IMG/VR virus record: IMGVR_UViG_3300045282_000148
Coordinates: 1-51,177 of that record
Direction: 5' to 3' (one strand)
Source: a virus
Lineage: Duplodnaviria; Caudoviricetes
Length of the DNA: 51,177 nucleotides
Part shown: piece by piece, positions 35,176-44,421 of the stretch
Layout of the letters: the number at the start of each line of letters is the position of its first letter
Numbering within the stretch: position 1 is the stretch's first letter
The notes under the pieces: generated by a model
Told to the model about the DNA's origin: nothing
What the model saw: only the letters and a program-made list of their open reading frames with translations
The model's database searches: none
Translations under genes and position numbers: made by a program

Positions 35176-35427
35176 ATGATCCTTTTTGCCTTCGAAGTGA
35201 GTATCGAGCTGGGCGCAATCGCCGTATTTGCGGTTTCAACGATTGTGATTATCGTCTGGCGGTCGGCAATCATCGTGACGAAACAAGATATTATGATCGA
35301 ATGGAGTCGGAAAATCGACTCGTGGAGGGAATCGAAAGACGAGACGATAGTTGACCACGGGCAGCGGATTCGCGCCTTAGAAGTGACAAAGTGCACGCAT
35401 GGAACCGACCGACAAACTGGCCGATAA
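35176..35427 (+). CDS. Single-TM protein (holin/XhlA-like topology)
   Basis: TM followed by DHGQRIRALE. Confidence 0.6.
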   Translation: MILFAFEVSIELGAIAVFAVSTIVIIVWRSAIIVTKQDIMIEWSRKIDSWRESKDETIVDHGQRIRALEVTKCTHGTDRQTGR

Positions 35428-35716
35428 GTTCAAGGTGCCATTGAAACGGCAACTCGGCGCCCTCGGTTGGGCGATGCTACTTTCGACCGTCGCTATCGGA
35501 TTCTTTCTGTACGTCGAAGTGAGTAATCGCAGGCAATCGGACGAGATCATTCAACAGCAAGAGGACGAGACTGCGAGGCGGTTGAACCATATTGAAGATC
35601 AGCTGCAGGAAACCCGAAACGAATGGGTCGATAAGATCAACCGCAAGCATCCCGAATTAAAGCTCCCGCACTTCGATCCTCCCCCGAAAATTACGCCAGA
35701 AGAACCGTTGAAATGA
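35399..35716 (+). CDS. Single-TM coiled-coil protein
   Basis: LGALGWAMLLSTVAIGFFLYV. Confidence 0.6.
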   Translation: MEPTDKLADKFKVPLKRQLGALGWAMLLSTVAIGFFLYVEVSNRRQSDEIIQQQEDETARRLNHIEDQLQETRNEWVDKINRKHPELKLPHFDPPPKITPEEPLK

Positions 35717-35719
35717 GTA

Positions 35720-36007
35720 ATGGACCCCACCGCTACCTGGACGATGATTGGCGCGGCGGGGTTGATAGTATCCTTGGTCTTCACGGCGATTTGGAGGGCA
35801 TCGGCAGCAAACTTGAAGATCGACATCCTTCGTGAGGACGTAACGGAATTGAAACGACGGATGACTAAGAAAGAGGATGAAATCATCGAGCTATCGAAGG
35901 AGACGGCCGTATTGCAAGCGTTTGCTGAGGGTGTTCGGTCCGTCGAGCGGGAAAGAACAGAGTTAGTCAGGCGAGAGAAGTCAGACCACAACAATGACAG
36001 AAGGTAG
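35720..36007 (+). CDS. Single-TM coiled-coil protein
   Basis: WTMIGAAGLIVSLVFTAIW followed by heptads. Confidence 0.65.
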   Translation: MDPTATWTMIGAAGLIVSLVFTAIWRASAANLKIDILREDVTELKRRMTKKEDEIIELSKETAVLQAFAEGVRSVERERTELVRREKSDHNNDRR

Positions 36008-36018
36008 GGGCAGATGAG

Positions 36019-36579
36019 ATGTCGGAAGCAGCGAATATTCGCGGAGGGACAGCAAATGAAAGAGGCCCCGGCGCATCGCAATTAAATCCGGACCCGACTG
36101 AAAGGACTTTGGATCAATCACGGCGAGAAATCGCCATGCTGCGGGAGCTGATTGAATCCAAGCTACATGGCAACGAGGAAGTATCACGAATTGTCAAGGA
36201 ATTCAACGGGGCGGTTGTCAGCCATGTTCGCGTCGAGCTTGGCGGCCTGAAAGAGTTAGAGGAAGAAAAGTTCAAGGGGATCAATGCCCAGTTCTCTCAG
36301 CGAGACATCGCGTTGACAGCCGCGCTTCAGGCGCAAAAGGAATCGGCCGCAGCTCAGCAAGTGGCAAACTCGGAAGCGATTGCCAAGAGCGAAGGGGCCA
36401 CGACGAAACAGATGGACGGCCTGAGCGACAAGATTGACGACTTGAAAGAACGGCTGACAGCAGTGGAAGGCAGTAAGCAAGGCTCATTGGGGGCGACAAC
36501 GACCGCAATAGCGGCTATCGCGGCGGTTGGGATTATTTTGGCGGTTGCGGTGGACATCGTAATTCATTTTGTTAAGTGA
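36019..36579 (+). CDS. Coiled-coil protein with C-terminal TM
   Basis: ALTAALQAQKE...IAKSEGATTKQM...IDDLKERLTAVEG plus TM. Confidence 0.7.
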   Translation: MSEAANIRGGTANERGPGASQLNPDPTERTLDQSRREIAMLRELIESKLHGNEEVSRIVKEFNGAVVSHVRVELGGLKELEEEKFKGINAQFSQRDIALTAALQAQKESAAAQQVANSEAIAKSEGATTKQMDGLSDKIDDLKERLTAVEGSKQGSLGATTTAIAAIAAVGIILAVAVDIVIHFVK

Positions 36580-36594
36580 AAGGCGGGTAATGCA

Positions 36595-36780
36595 ATGATC
36601 CTCTGTGTAATTTGGGTTGTGCTGATGATGTTTTGGCTGTTCGGCGGTGGTTGGTATATCGGAAGTCAACCGACTCCGAACTGGACGGGCTACGGATTCT
36701 CGACGTTGATCCCCTGGGTCTGCGTACTGATTCTTGGCTTGATTCAATTCGGGTTCTGGACTCCGGGGCCAATTCGCTGA
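36595..36780 (+). CDS. Two-TM small membrane protein
   Basis: Two hydrophobic helices. Confidence 0.65.
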   Translation: MILCVIWVVLMMFWLFGGGWYIGSQPTPNWTGYGFSTLIPWVCVLILGLIQFGFWTPGPIR

Positions 36781-36935
36781 TGCTCGGAATCATCCTCATA
36801 GTGTTGCTGGTCCTGCTGCTGCTCGGTGCATTGCCGCAAGTCGGCTTACACGAGAGCGGCTACGGTCCCGGCGTCGGTATTGGAACGATTCTAATTATTG
36901 TGTTGATCCTGTATCTGTTGGGGGTGTTCCGTTGA
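36780..36935 (+). CDS. DUF3309-like small membrane protein
   Basis: MLGIILIVLLVLLLLGALP...GYGPGVGIGTILIIVLILYLLG. Confidence 0.8.
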   Translation: MLGIILIVLLVLLLLGALPQVGLHESGYGPGVGIGTILIIVLILYLLGVFR

Positions 36936-36936
36936 T

Positions 36937-37296
36937 ATGGCCGAAGAACGCAACGCCCGCGAATGGCTCGAGGAAATCTGGAACGACCAGCGACTTATCC
37001 GCGAAGACCAACGCCGACTGGCCGACGCCTACAACCAACTGAAAGACGTTATGACCGTACAGCTTCAGCAAATCAAAGACCTCGCCGCTAAGATCAAAAC
37101 CGACTGCGATACAATCGCGGCCCTCCGCGCTAAGATCGTAGAACTTGAAGCGCAAATTGCCGCAGGCGACACGCCAGCCGATTTCCAGCCGATCATCGAC
37201 GAACTCAAGCAGATCGACGATTTGATTCTGGCCGGAACGGGCGTCGTCACCGGAATTCAGATTGAACCAGGAACACCCACCGAACACCCAGCATAG
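36937..37296 (+). CDS. Coiled-coil hypothetical protein
   Basis: 119 aa with heptads. Confidence 0.65.
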   Translation: MAEERNAREWLEEIWNDQRLIREDQRRLADAYNQLKDVMTVQLQQIKDLAAKIKTDCDTIAALRAKIVELEAQIAAGDTPADFQPIIDELKQIDDLILAGTGVVTGIQIEPGTPTEHPA

Positions 37297-37356
37297 GAGC
37301 AATTAAATACTTCGTTTTCGTTCAACACTGTTCTCTTTTTGCAAAGGAATCTTGTC

Positions 37357-37758
37357 ATGGCTTCGCCCAAAATCACGCTCGTTAAGAAATCGGCCGCAAA
37401 GGCCAAAGCACGCGCAGCCAAGCCCGGCGACGCGACGTCGACCTTTCAACTGGTCGATAATCAGGACGATACTTTTACCGTCAATGGCGTCGATGCCGCT
37501 GGCAATTCCGTGGACATCAGCACGCTCGCCACAATGACGGCCGCTAGCGACAACACGGCGGTTCTTACCGTCGATGCGCCGGTCGGACTGACTTCGGCAA
37601 TGCACGCCGTTGGACCGGTCGGTACGGCCAATGTAACCGTCGTGGTAACGTTGACGGACGGCAGCGTTGGTCCGTTTACCGTATCGCTTCCGGTCAGCGT
37701 TGTCGCCGGTCCGGCGTCGGGCGTGGTCATTACCCTCGGAACTCCCACCGTCCACTAG
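37357..37758 (+). CDS. Ig-like beta-sandwich protein
   Basis: AAGGA RBS; DAAGNSV...ASDNTAVLTV...GTANVTV. Confidence 0.6.
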   Translation: MASPKITLVKKSAAKAKARAAKPGDATSTFQLVDNQDDTFTVNGVDAAGNSVDISTLATMTAASDNTAVLTVDAPVGLTSAMHAVGPVGTANVTVVVTLTDGSVGPFTVSLPVSVVAGPASGVVITLGTPTVH

Positions 37759-37785
37759 GTCTAAGTGTCGGCGGGTTCTTCGCTA

Positions 37786-37821
37786 GGCAGCGTCCGGGTT
37801 CGCCCGGCGCTGCCGGTTTTT
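37786..37821 (+). terminator. Intrinsic terminator
   Basis: GGCAGCGTCCGGG-TTCG-CCCGGCGCTGCC-GG-TTTTT. Confidence 0.8.
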
Positions 37822-37828
37822 GGATTGA

Positions 37829-38125
37829 TTGCCGATGGACAGTGGAAGTAAACGCCGGAGAGGGAAACCGGTGATCTCGCTCGGACGGTTCAGATTAGCC
37901 GTGCATTTGTTATCTCAAGGGGCTAGCCGCCGAACGGTTATGCGGCAGGCTAGTATTTGCGGGCGTATGACTGTGGATTGGATAGCCCAAGGAAAGCATC
38001 CGCGACAACTAAAGCCTGAACAGTACAAAGCCGAGGAGAACGAAGTCCGCTGCCCGTGTTGCCGGCGGAAATGGGTTAAACTGCCGTGTCCGATATGCAG
38101 CACGATTAAGTTTCGAGGTATTTGA
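37829..38125 (+). CDS. HTH plus Zn-ribbon protein
   Basis: LLSQGASRRTVMRQASICGRMTVDWIA...RCPCC...PCPIC. Confidence 0.6.
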   Translation: MPMDSGSKRRRGKPVISLGRFRLAVHLLSQGASRRTVMRQASICGRMTVDWIAQGKHPRQLKPEQYKAEENEVRCPCCRRKWVKLPCPICSTIKFRGI

Positions 38126-39687
38126 TGATCCGCGATCTCGCCATACCAAAATCTCACTTCTCATTCGGCCGCAATCCGCTGCCACGCGATTCTGACGACC
38201 TCGCCGAGTCGATGATGCTGATTTCCGGCAAGGCCGCATACCGGGGCAAATCGGCGACGCGCATCAAAGAGCAAATTGACAACCTTGGCGGGTTCGCCGG
38301 CGCCGGGCTTATCAACTCATTCACGGGCGACAACGGATTGTGGGGAACGACATGGGGCGGACAAGGGGCGGCTGGCGCGTTCTTTTCGCTCTACTACCTA
38401 CTAAATACCGTGTGGTTCAATCGCATCCAACGCTACACGGCCCGGTATCTCTATTTGAGCAACGGTATCGCCAACGCCTGCGCCTACTACATGGCCGTAC
38501 TCGCGCTGGGGCAGGGATTCCAATACCACTCCAAAGACCCCGGCGTCGAGAGGGCGTTGGAAGAGTGGCTTGAACTGCGCGACTATCACGAGAAGTCGAA
38601 ACGGATGTTCATCGAGTATATCGTGCAGGGCGAGGAATTCGTGAGGATATTCGGCGATGACTTCCGTGTGATCGACCCCGATTACATTTATTCGACGGCC
38701 GAAAGCAAGAATGGAATGGCCGACCGCTACCAAGGAATCCTCAGTTCAACCCACGACGGGGAAGATGTCTTGGGCTACGAGATTCACGAATCGCCGATTT
38801 TCGGCGGCGCGGGAGGCGAAGAATTTGTGCCCAAAGACGAAATGCAATATCGGGTGGATTTGATGTTCAACGAAAGGCGTGGCAGAAGCCACTTCCTGCC
38901 GGTCTTCCCGCAAATGTTCAAGGTCGATCAACTCTCGTGCGTACTCCTCGATACCGCACAGACCCAAGGGAAGTTTGCCTTCTTCCGCAAATGGGAAAAC
39001 TCGCCTGACGAATCGGCGCAGTTCATGGAGGCGAATATCCAGGCGAGCGCGCCAACAGGGTACTCTCAAACTTTCGCTTCGCCCTATTCGTGGCAGCCTT
39101 CCGAGAACTACCCAAGCGGTGCCGTGGTTGACGTACCAAAGAGCATGACGCTCGAAACCATCGGGGCGGACAATTTCGGGCAATGGATCGAGCCGATCAA
39201 TCTGGCCCTGCGAATCGTGGCCACGCAATGCGGACTGCCGGCGGAAATCATCAGCCAGAATCGGGGCGATTCCGATAGTTACGCAGCCGGAATTGTCGCA
39301 AACAGTTGGCAAGAAAAAGTCATAAAAAGCAAACAAGATCGTTGGATGTCTTGGGACTTGGACTTGATTTCTCGTTGTACTGGAATTCCAAAACGACTAA
39401 TTGATGTAACGGCTCCGATCATCGCGACGCCAGACAAACGAGCGGAAGCAGAAATAATTAACGGCGCGATCGACCGCGGCGTGATGAGCAAGCATACTGC
39501 CGCAATTCGGATGGACCTTGATCCCGATGAAGAGAAAAAGTTCATCGCCAAAGAACAGCAAGAAGAATTGGATATGATGGAAAAAACGGCTGCCATCCAA
39601 GGCAAATTCGATAAGCAGGGCGCTACCCAAGGCCGAAAGCCGGGTGAAAATTCCGGTAACCCAAAGCCTCCGAAAGTGAGCGAGTAG
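38122..39687 (+). CDS. Portal protein
   Basis: 521 aa ahead of head genes; ARYLYLSNGIA, GEEFVRI..FRVIDPD, RGRSHF, GLPAEII, GVMSKHT. Confidence 0.8.
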   Translation: MMIRDLAIPKSHFSFGRNPLPRDSDDLAESMMLISGKAAYRGKSATRIKEQIDNLGGFAGAGLINSFTGDNGLWGTTWGGQGAAGAFFSLYYLLNTVWFNRIQRYTARYLYLSNGIANACAYYMAVLALGQGFQYHSKDPGVERALEEWLELRDYHEKSKRMFIEYIVQGEEFVRIFGDDFRVIDPDYIYSTAESKNGMADRYQGILSSTHDGEDVLGYEIHESPIFGGAGGEEFVPKDEMQYRVDLMFNERRGRSHFLPVFPQMFKVDQLSCVLLDTAQTQGKFAFFRKWENSPDESAQFMEANIQASAPTGYSQTFASPYSWQPSENYPSGAVVDVPKSMTLETIGADNFGQWIEPINLALRIVATQCGLPAEIISQNRGDSDSYAAGIVANSWQEKVIKSKQDRWMSWDLDLISRCTGIPKRLIDVTAPIIATPDKRAEAEIINGAIDRGVMSKHTAAIRMDLDPDEEKKFIAKEQQEELDMMEKTAAIQGKFDKQGATQGRKPGENSGNPKPPKVSE

Positions 39688-39691
39688 ACCT

Positions 39692-39988
39692 ATGGAATTG
39701 TCGTCAATAGTGAAGGTCGTTGGACGGGCAGAAATTGGCGCGAAGCTTTCACATTGGCGATTCCTTGACGATGCACTTTGCGAATTCTGTTTCGAGGATT
39801 GCTATACGTGCGGCGGCAATCCATTGAAATCTTTTGGCGTAAGACTGGGCGATAGACTCAGCATAATTCCAACACCTGAATACGAACTGGAAAGGCCTGT
39901 TTTGCCAAATCCGTTCGGCCAGATTGGATCGCTCCGAGAATTCTCGTTGACGAAGAATGGCGTTAAGCTCGTCGTCAGCTTTTCCTAA
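39692..39988 (+). CDS. Hypothetical protein
   Basis: 98 aa after portal. Confidence 0.45.
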   Translation: MELSSIVKVVGRAEIGAKLSHWRFLDDALCEFCFEDCYTCGGNPLKSFGVRLGDRLSIIPTPEYELERPVLPNPFGQIGSLREFSLTKNGVKLVVSFS

Positions 39989-39992
39989 GAAC

Positions 39993-40847
39993 CTACCAGA
40001 CAAGCTTTTTGGTTTTCTTTCCCTTGTTGAGCGCGGCAACAATGCCTTTGGCGGATATTATTTCTCCGCCTTTCCCAAGTTCTGCCTTGAGTTGTCTGAT
40101 AGCTCGGTCGAGTTCATCTTGCGTAAGCCTCGCAAATGTATCCGCAAATTCCGTGAGTATGTCGCGCCCATTGTAGTGCCGTACAAGCGTGAATAATCCA
40201 CGGAAGACGGTACCGGATATCGGCTTTTCATTCGCCATTTGAAGCGAAAGCCCAATGAGTCTCTTTGCCAATTCGCTGTCTTCTTCAACACATCGTTGAA
40301 TCGTATGCACGCACTTCAATTGTTGAGAGGTCGTCACGTTTTTCTGAACCGTGATACCGAATTCAGAGAGCAACGATGCCGTTCTACAGGCTCCCGGCTC
40401 TTCCGCGACGGATGCAGCACGAAACGTATCAAGGGAATTAATTCGATGTGACATTCGCGCTCCAGCAATGAACGCTCTGGCCTCATCGGAAAGTTCGGCG
40501 AGTTGGAAAACCATCGAGGGCAATTGAGAAATATCTGACCGATAAAAAGCCGCTCGGACTCGATGTCCACCATCGAATACCCAAAGAGAGAGGTCCGGTC
40601 GTTCGGCAACTTTTATGACTCCAAATAGAGTCCAATCCCATTCGGCCGCGATAGTTCGCACCGCAGTTTCCGATACCTTTCCGCGTTGATAGCGGTCATC
40701 GAGATTTAGATCGGACTTACTGATTAACCGAAATTCTCCAGGACTCGTTGGCCGTGCCCAACGATACTTATCCGCTTTGTCGATTGCTGCTCTACCGCCT
40801 GGCATTGGCGAGAGACTTCTATCGCGCTTGTCAAGTAAATTGGACAT
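39993..40847 (-). CDS. ParB-like (DUF6551-type) protein, antisense moron
   Basis: LNLDDRYQR...IAAEWDWTLFGVIKVAER...VFDGGHRVRAA; AGGGAGG RBS. Confidence 0.75.
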   Translation of the reverse strand: MSNLLDKRDRSLSPMPGGRAAIDKADKYRWARPTSPGEFRLISKSDLNLDDRYQRGKVSETAVRTIAAEWDWTLFGVIKVAERPDLSLWVFDGGHRVRAAFYRSDISQLPSMVFQLAELSDEARAFIAGARMSHRINSLDTFRAASVAEEPGACRTASLLSEFGITVQKNVTTSQQLKCVHTIQRCVEEDSELAKRLIGLSLQMANEKPISGTVFRGLFTLVRHYNGRDILTEFADTFARLTQDELDRAIRQLKAELGKGGEIISAKGIVAALNKGKKTKKLVW

Positions 40848-41005
40848 CGTTTCCTCCCTGTAAACGCCTCCGGCCGTGCGGTCTGGCTTGCAGGCACAGA
40901 AGGCACGGACGCGGAGACGATTTGTTCAAGGGATAGCCTGCAAGCCAATAGCCAGAATCTACACGAAAATCCTAGGATTGGCAAGAAATTCGTGAAAACT
41001 GGCTG

Positions 41006-41032
41006 ATTATTAGGCCGATGACGCTTTACGAT
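41006..41032 (+). promoter_or_regulatory. Candidate late promoter ATTATTAGGCCG-N9-TACGAT, leaderless
   Basis: ATG at 41040 lies 7 nt after the -10 box; motif shared with 11839-11850. Confidence 0.55.
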
Positions 41033-41039
41033 TGGGGGC

Positions 41040-41999
41040 ATGAGCGTAATTTCTGAAGTTTGCATCGCCGAACGCGCGACCGTTGATCCGGCCGATCCGT
41101 GGACTCTAAAGGGCGTCAAGCTCTTGGGGAAAAACAGTATCAATCATCGGACCTATCCGCGACCGGTTCAAGAGGCTGCCATTCCGCTCTTCGAGGGGAA
41201 AAAAATCTACGTCGATCATGGCGATCTCGACGGTAAGCGTCCGATCAACCGAAAGCGAGGCTATGGAGAGCGACTGGGAATCATTAAAAAGGGAACGGTC
41301 GTCGTTGATCCCGTTACCGAATCGACGCATGGTGACGTTCGGCTGAATCCGAAGCATCCCTTTGCCGAGATGGCCTTAGAGGATTACCGCAACGAAACAT
41401 CTGGAGTCGGATTCTCCATAGCGGCTGATTGCATTTTCGCCGGAGGAAGTAATATCGGCGAGTGCCTTCAGATCAAGAAATTGTTCAGCGTCGATTTGGT
41501 TGACGATGCCGCCACTGCCATTACCATGACCGAGGCTGCTGCCTCCGAAACTCAATACGAGCAGGGCAAAGAACACGGCGAAATGCGGGCCAAGCTCGAC
41601 GAACACGAAACAAGGCTGGCCGAGCACGCCAAGCGGCACGAAGAGCACCAAGCCAAGATTGATGGCCACGACGGCGAACACCGCACTCACCACGAACGCC
41701 ATGCGGAACACGAGCGACGGATTCACGACTGCGAAGCGTCGATGGCCAAGACCGTCGAACAATATCAGGCCCTAGGCGGTCCTGAGCACGCTGCGGCTCT
41801 AGAGCAGTGGCAAACCAAGCAAGCCGCCGCCGAGAAGGCTGTCGCCGAAGCCAACAAGCTCATAGCGGAATCCAAGGAAGCCTTCAAGAAGGTTCCTCGC
41901 ACGCCGAACGCCGGTAACCCGCTCGAAACTCGATCAAAGACTGCCGTTCCCGTTATGAACGGCGATGGCTTGAAAAAGCCGAACTTCACTCGCAACTAG
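41040..41999 (+). CDS. Prohead protease / scaffold
   Basis: NHRTYP...YVDHG...VGFSI...SVDLVDDAAT protease-like domain plus His-rich coiled-coil tail. Confidence 0.8.
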   Translation: MSVISEVCIAERATVDPADPWTLKGVKLLGKNSINHRTYPRPVQEAAIPLFEGKKIYVDHGDLDGKRPINRKRGYGERLGIIKKGTVVVDPVTESTHGDVRLNPKHPFAEMALEDYRNETSGVGFSIAADCIFAGGSNIGECLQIKKLFSVDLVDDAATAITMTEAAASETQYEQGKEHGEMRAKLDEHETRLAEHAKRHEEHQAKIDGHDGEHRTHHERHAEHERRIHDCEASMAKTVEQYQALGGPEHAAALEQWQTKQAAAEKAVAEANKLIAESKEAFKKVPRTPNAGNPLETRSKTAVPVMNGDGLKKPNFTRN

Positions 42000-42159
42000 G
42001 AACAATCGAACCTCGGGCCGGCGTCCATAACGCCGCCAATTCATTCGAGTCTCAATCGGGAGTAGCTACCCGATGACATGAGGCTCAACACTCCGACTCG
42101 TTGAGAGGTCGGCGGAATGTCCGCACGGCCTCTTTTTCTTTTACAGTCGGAGCAGTTTC

Positions 42160-42957
42160 ATGGCCGCGATCATGCAGCAAGTCGCCCAGACTTCCCACCT
42201 CGACCCGAAGGGCCAGCAGTCTCAAGATGTAACGTTCTTCGATGACTTCTTGAGCTACACCGACGGCGGCCTGTTCACTGTCGCTGATTCCGGTTCGGCC
42301 GGCTCGAGCGCTTGGGACGGAACCGCCCTTGGCGCGAATGGCCGCGGTCACAATCTCTTGCTGACCACGAAGACCACGACCCAGTGGGATTACTACAGTC
42401 TCGCCACAACCAATGCCTTGTTCTTGCCGGTCGCCACCGGCGCGGCAATGGGCTGCGAAACGACAATCAAGTTCACGAGCCAAGCCGCGAACAATGCGAT
42501 GGTCTATTTCGGGTTCATGTCCACGGTTGCCATTCCGGCCGGCAGCAACGTGGACCCGACGGCCAGCTATTCTGGCGCGATCATCTATCGGCTCTCGGGC
42601 GACACGCAATGGCGTATTCAGGTCAGCAACGCCACGACCAAGACGACTCAAACCACCGTCGGTTCAGACTTCATCTGTGCCGACGGTCAGTATTGCCTTC
42701 GCGTTGACTTCATGCCGTTCACGGGTTCGAGCGTGGCGGCAACCAACGGCGTGAGTTGCTTCGCGAGCTTCTCGATCAACGGCGTCCAGGTGAAGGACAA
42801 GAACAATTTCCTTGTTCAATTGCCGGTGCTCTATGCGAGCCTGGCGGCCATGAAGGTCGGCGTGATCGCCCAAGCTGCGACCGCCAACGCTCAAACGCTC
42901 CTCGTCGATTACATCCAAGCCAACGTCAGCCGCGGCTTAACGATCCCCAACGGCTAA
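42160..42957 (+). CDS. Putative capsid decoration/minor head protein
   Basis: Between protease and capsid; FFDDF...LLVDYI beta-sandwich pattern. Confidence 0.55.
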   Translation: MAAIMQQVAQTSHLDPKGQQSQDVTFFDDFLSYTDGGLFTVADSGSAGSSAWDGTALGANGRGHNLLLTTKTTTQWDYYSLATTNALFLPVATGAAMGCETTIKFTSQAANNAMVYFGFMSTVAIPAGSNVDPTASYSGAIIYRLSGDTQWRIQVSNATTKTTQTTVGSDFICADGQYCLRVDFMPFTGSSVAATNGVSCFASFSINGVQVKDKNNFLVQLPVLYASLAAMKVGVIAQAATANAQTLLVDYIQANVSRGLTIPNG

Positions 42958-43002
42958 GTTCTCGAAACATTCCCTCAGTTCTCTCTATTCTGGATTACGA
43001 CC

Positions 43003-44421
43003 ATGCCAACCTTCCGAGAAAAGGACATTGAACAGCTCGTCACTAAGTGCGAATACGAGCGCATCATAAGCGGCGACCCGCGACCAGCCGCGGAAATCGC
43101 TTGTGCCAGAATCAGCGAGCAGCTCGGTAGCGGCGAACTAAGCTGGACGGATTTACCTCCTGTTTCTCGAATTGCGCGGTATCTCGTTCGCGACAAGGCG
43201 ACAGGGCGACCGCTGGCGATTCAGGATTCCAAAGTCTCTTCCGATATGGTGTATCTAAAGAACATCGGGGAATCCTACGATGATCTTTCCAGGCGGTATC
43301 GTAATCCAGAAACGGGACTGATCGACGGATTTGTCAGTGAGCAAACGTCGCAACTCATCAAAGAGGAATCGACCTCGACGGCCACGACGATGGGCAGTTT
43401 CATGGCCCTCACGTCGCAACTGTTTTTCAATGCCCTCATCGGCGCTTACGAGCACGCTGAGATGAACGTCGCCCGTACGTTCCGCAATATCCCCTCGACG
43501 TTCCTGCGTGGCGAGAAGTTCGCTGGCGTCGGTGGCCTGGAAAAGATTCTCCAAGGCACGCCCGAGGGCCGAGATCTTCCGCACTTGACCGCGACCGAAG
43601 ATTACGTCGATACCCCGGCGCAACGCAAGGTCGGTGCGATCATCGACATCTCTTGGGAATTGTCGGTCAGTGACCATTCCGGCGAGATTCTCCGACGTTA
43701 CGAATCGCTCGGCAAGGCCGTAGCCGTCACCCGTGAAATGGAAGCCGTCGGCACCTTGACCGACACCAACCCGAACGACGGAACCGCCGGATACAAGCGT
43801 ACCCGCTACAACTGGAAGGGCACGCAATACGCGACTTACGAAAGCGCGGCCGGAACGGATTGGATCAATCTCCTCACCAGTTCGTCCAGTTCGACCTATT
43901 GGGGCGCCAACCCGCTGGTTGACCAGAACAGCATCAACGGCGCCTATGTCACGGCCACTAAGATTTGCGATCCGTGGACCGGACTGCCGATCGGCTACGG
44001 TCAAGGGCCGTGGAAATTGTTTTGCTCGCCTGATCTGAAGTTCACCGCTGATCGAATTGCTCGAACCGTCGAATACGTCACCGTCGGCGGAACGGCAGCG
44101 ACAACGAACTACGCCCCGCAACTGCATACCAATATCGGGACGGTCATTCCGTTCGAGGTCATCGCCTCGGCCTATATCGGCGCCTTGTGCGATCTCGCGG
44201 CCGCGGCCAGCAATACGAACATCCTCCGCACGACCTGGTGGATCGGCAAGCCGGAAGAGGCGTTCTCGTGGCAGACCGCGCAGGAGTTGGTCAATCAGGA
44301 GGCCATTCCCGGCGCCGGGGATATGTTTAACAGAGTTCTTGAGAAACAAACCAGGTGTTTCGACTGCAAGACCGCGTATGTGTTAAACCCAAGATACGTT
44401 ATACAGTGTATGGCTTCTTGA
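43003..44421 (+). CDS. Major capsid protein (Mu gpT-like HK97 fold)
   Basis: PEGRDLPH...KVGAIIDISWELSVSDHSGEILRRYESLGKAVAVTRE; size and position. Confidence 0.8.
   Translation: MPTFREKDIEQLVTKCEYERIISGDPRPAAEIACARISEQLGSGELSWTDLPPVSRIARYLVRDKATGRPLAIQDSKVSSDMVYLKNIGESYDDLSRRYRNPETGLIDGFVSEQTSQLIKEESTSTATTMGSFMALTSQLFFNALIGAYEHAEMNVARTFRNIPSTFLRGEKFAGVGGLEKILQGTPEGRDLPHLTATEDYVDTPAQRKVGAIIDISWELSVSDHSGEILRRYESLGKAVAVTREMEAVGTLTDTNPNDGTAGYKRTRYNWKGTQYATYESAAGTDWINLLTSSSSSTYWGANPLVDQNSINGAYVTATKICDPWTGLPIGYGQGPWKLFCSPDLKFTADRIARTVEYVTVGGTAATTNYAPQLHTNIGTVIPFEVIASAYIGALCDLAAAASNTNILRTTWWIGKPEEAFSWQTAQELVNQEAIPGAGDMFNRVLEKQTRCFDCKTAYVLNPRYVIQCMAS

Noticed and set aside
43255-44349. 364-aa antisense ORF
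   Set aside because: Mirror of the GC3-biased capsid gene with no protein-like motifs
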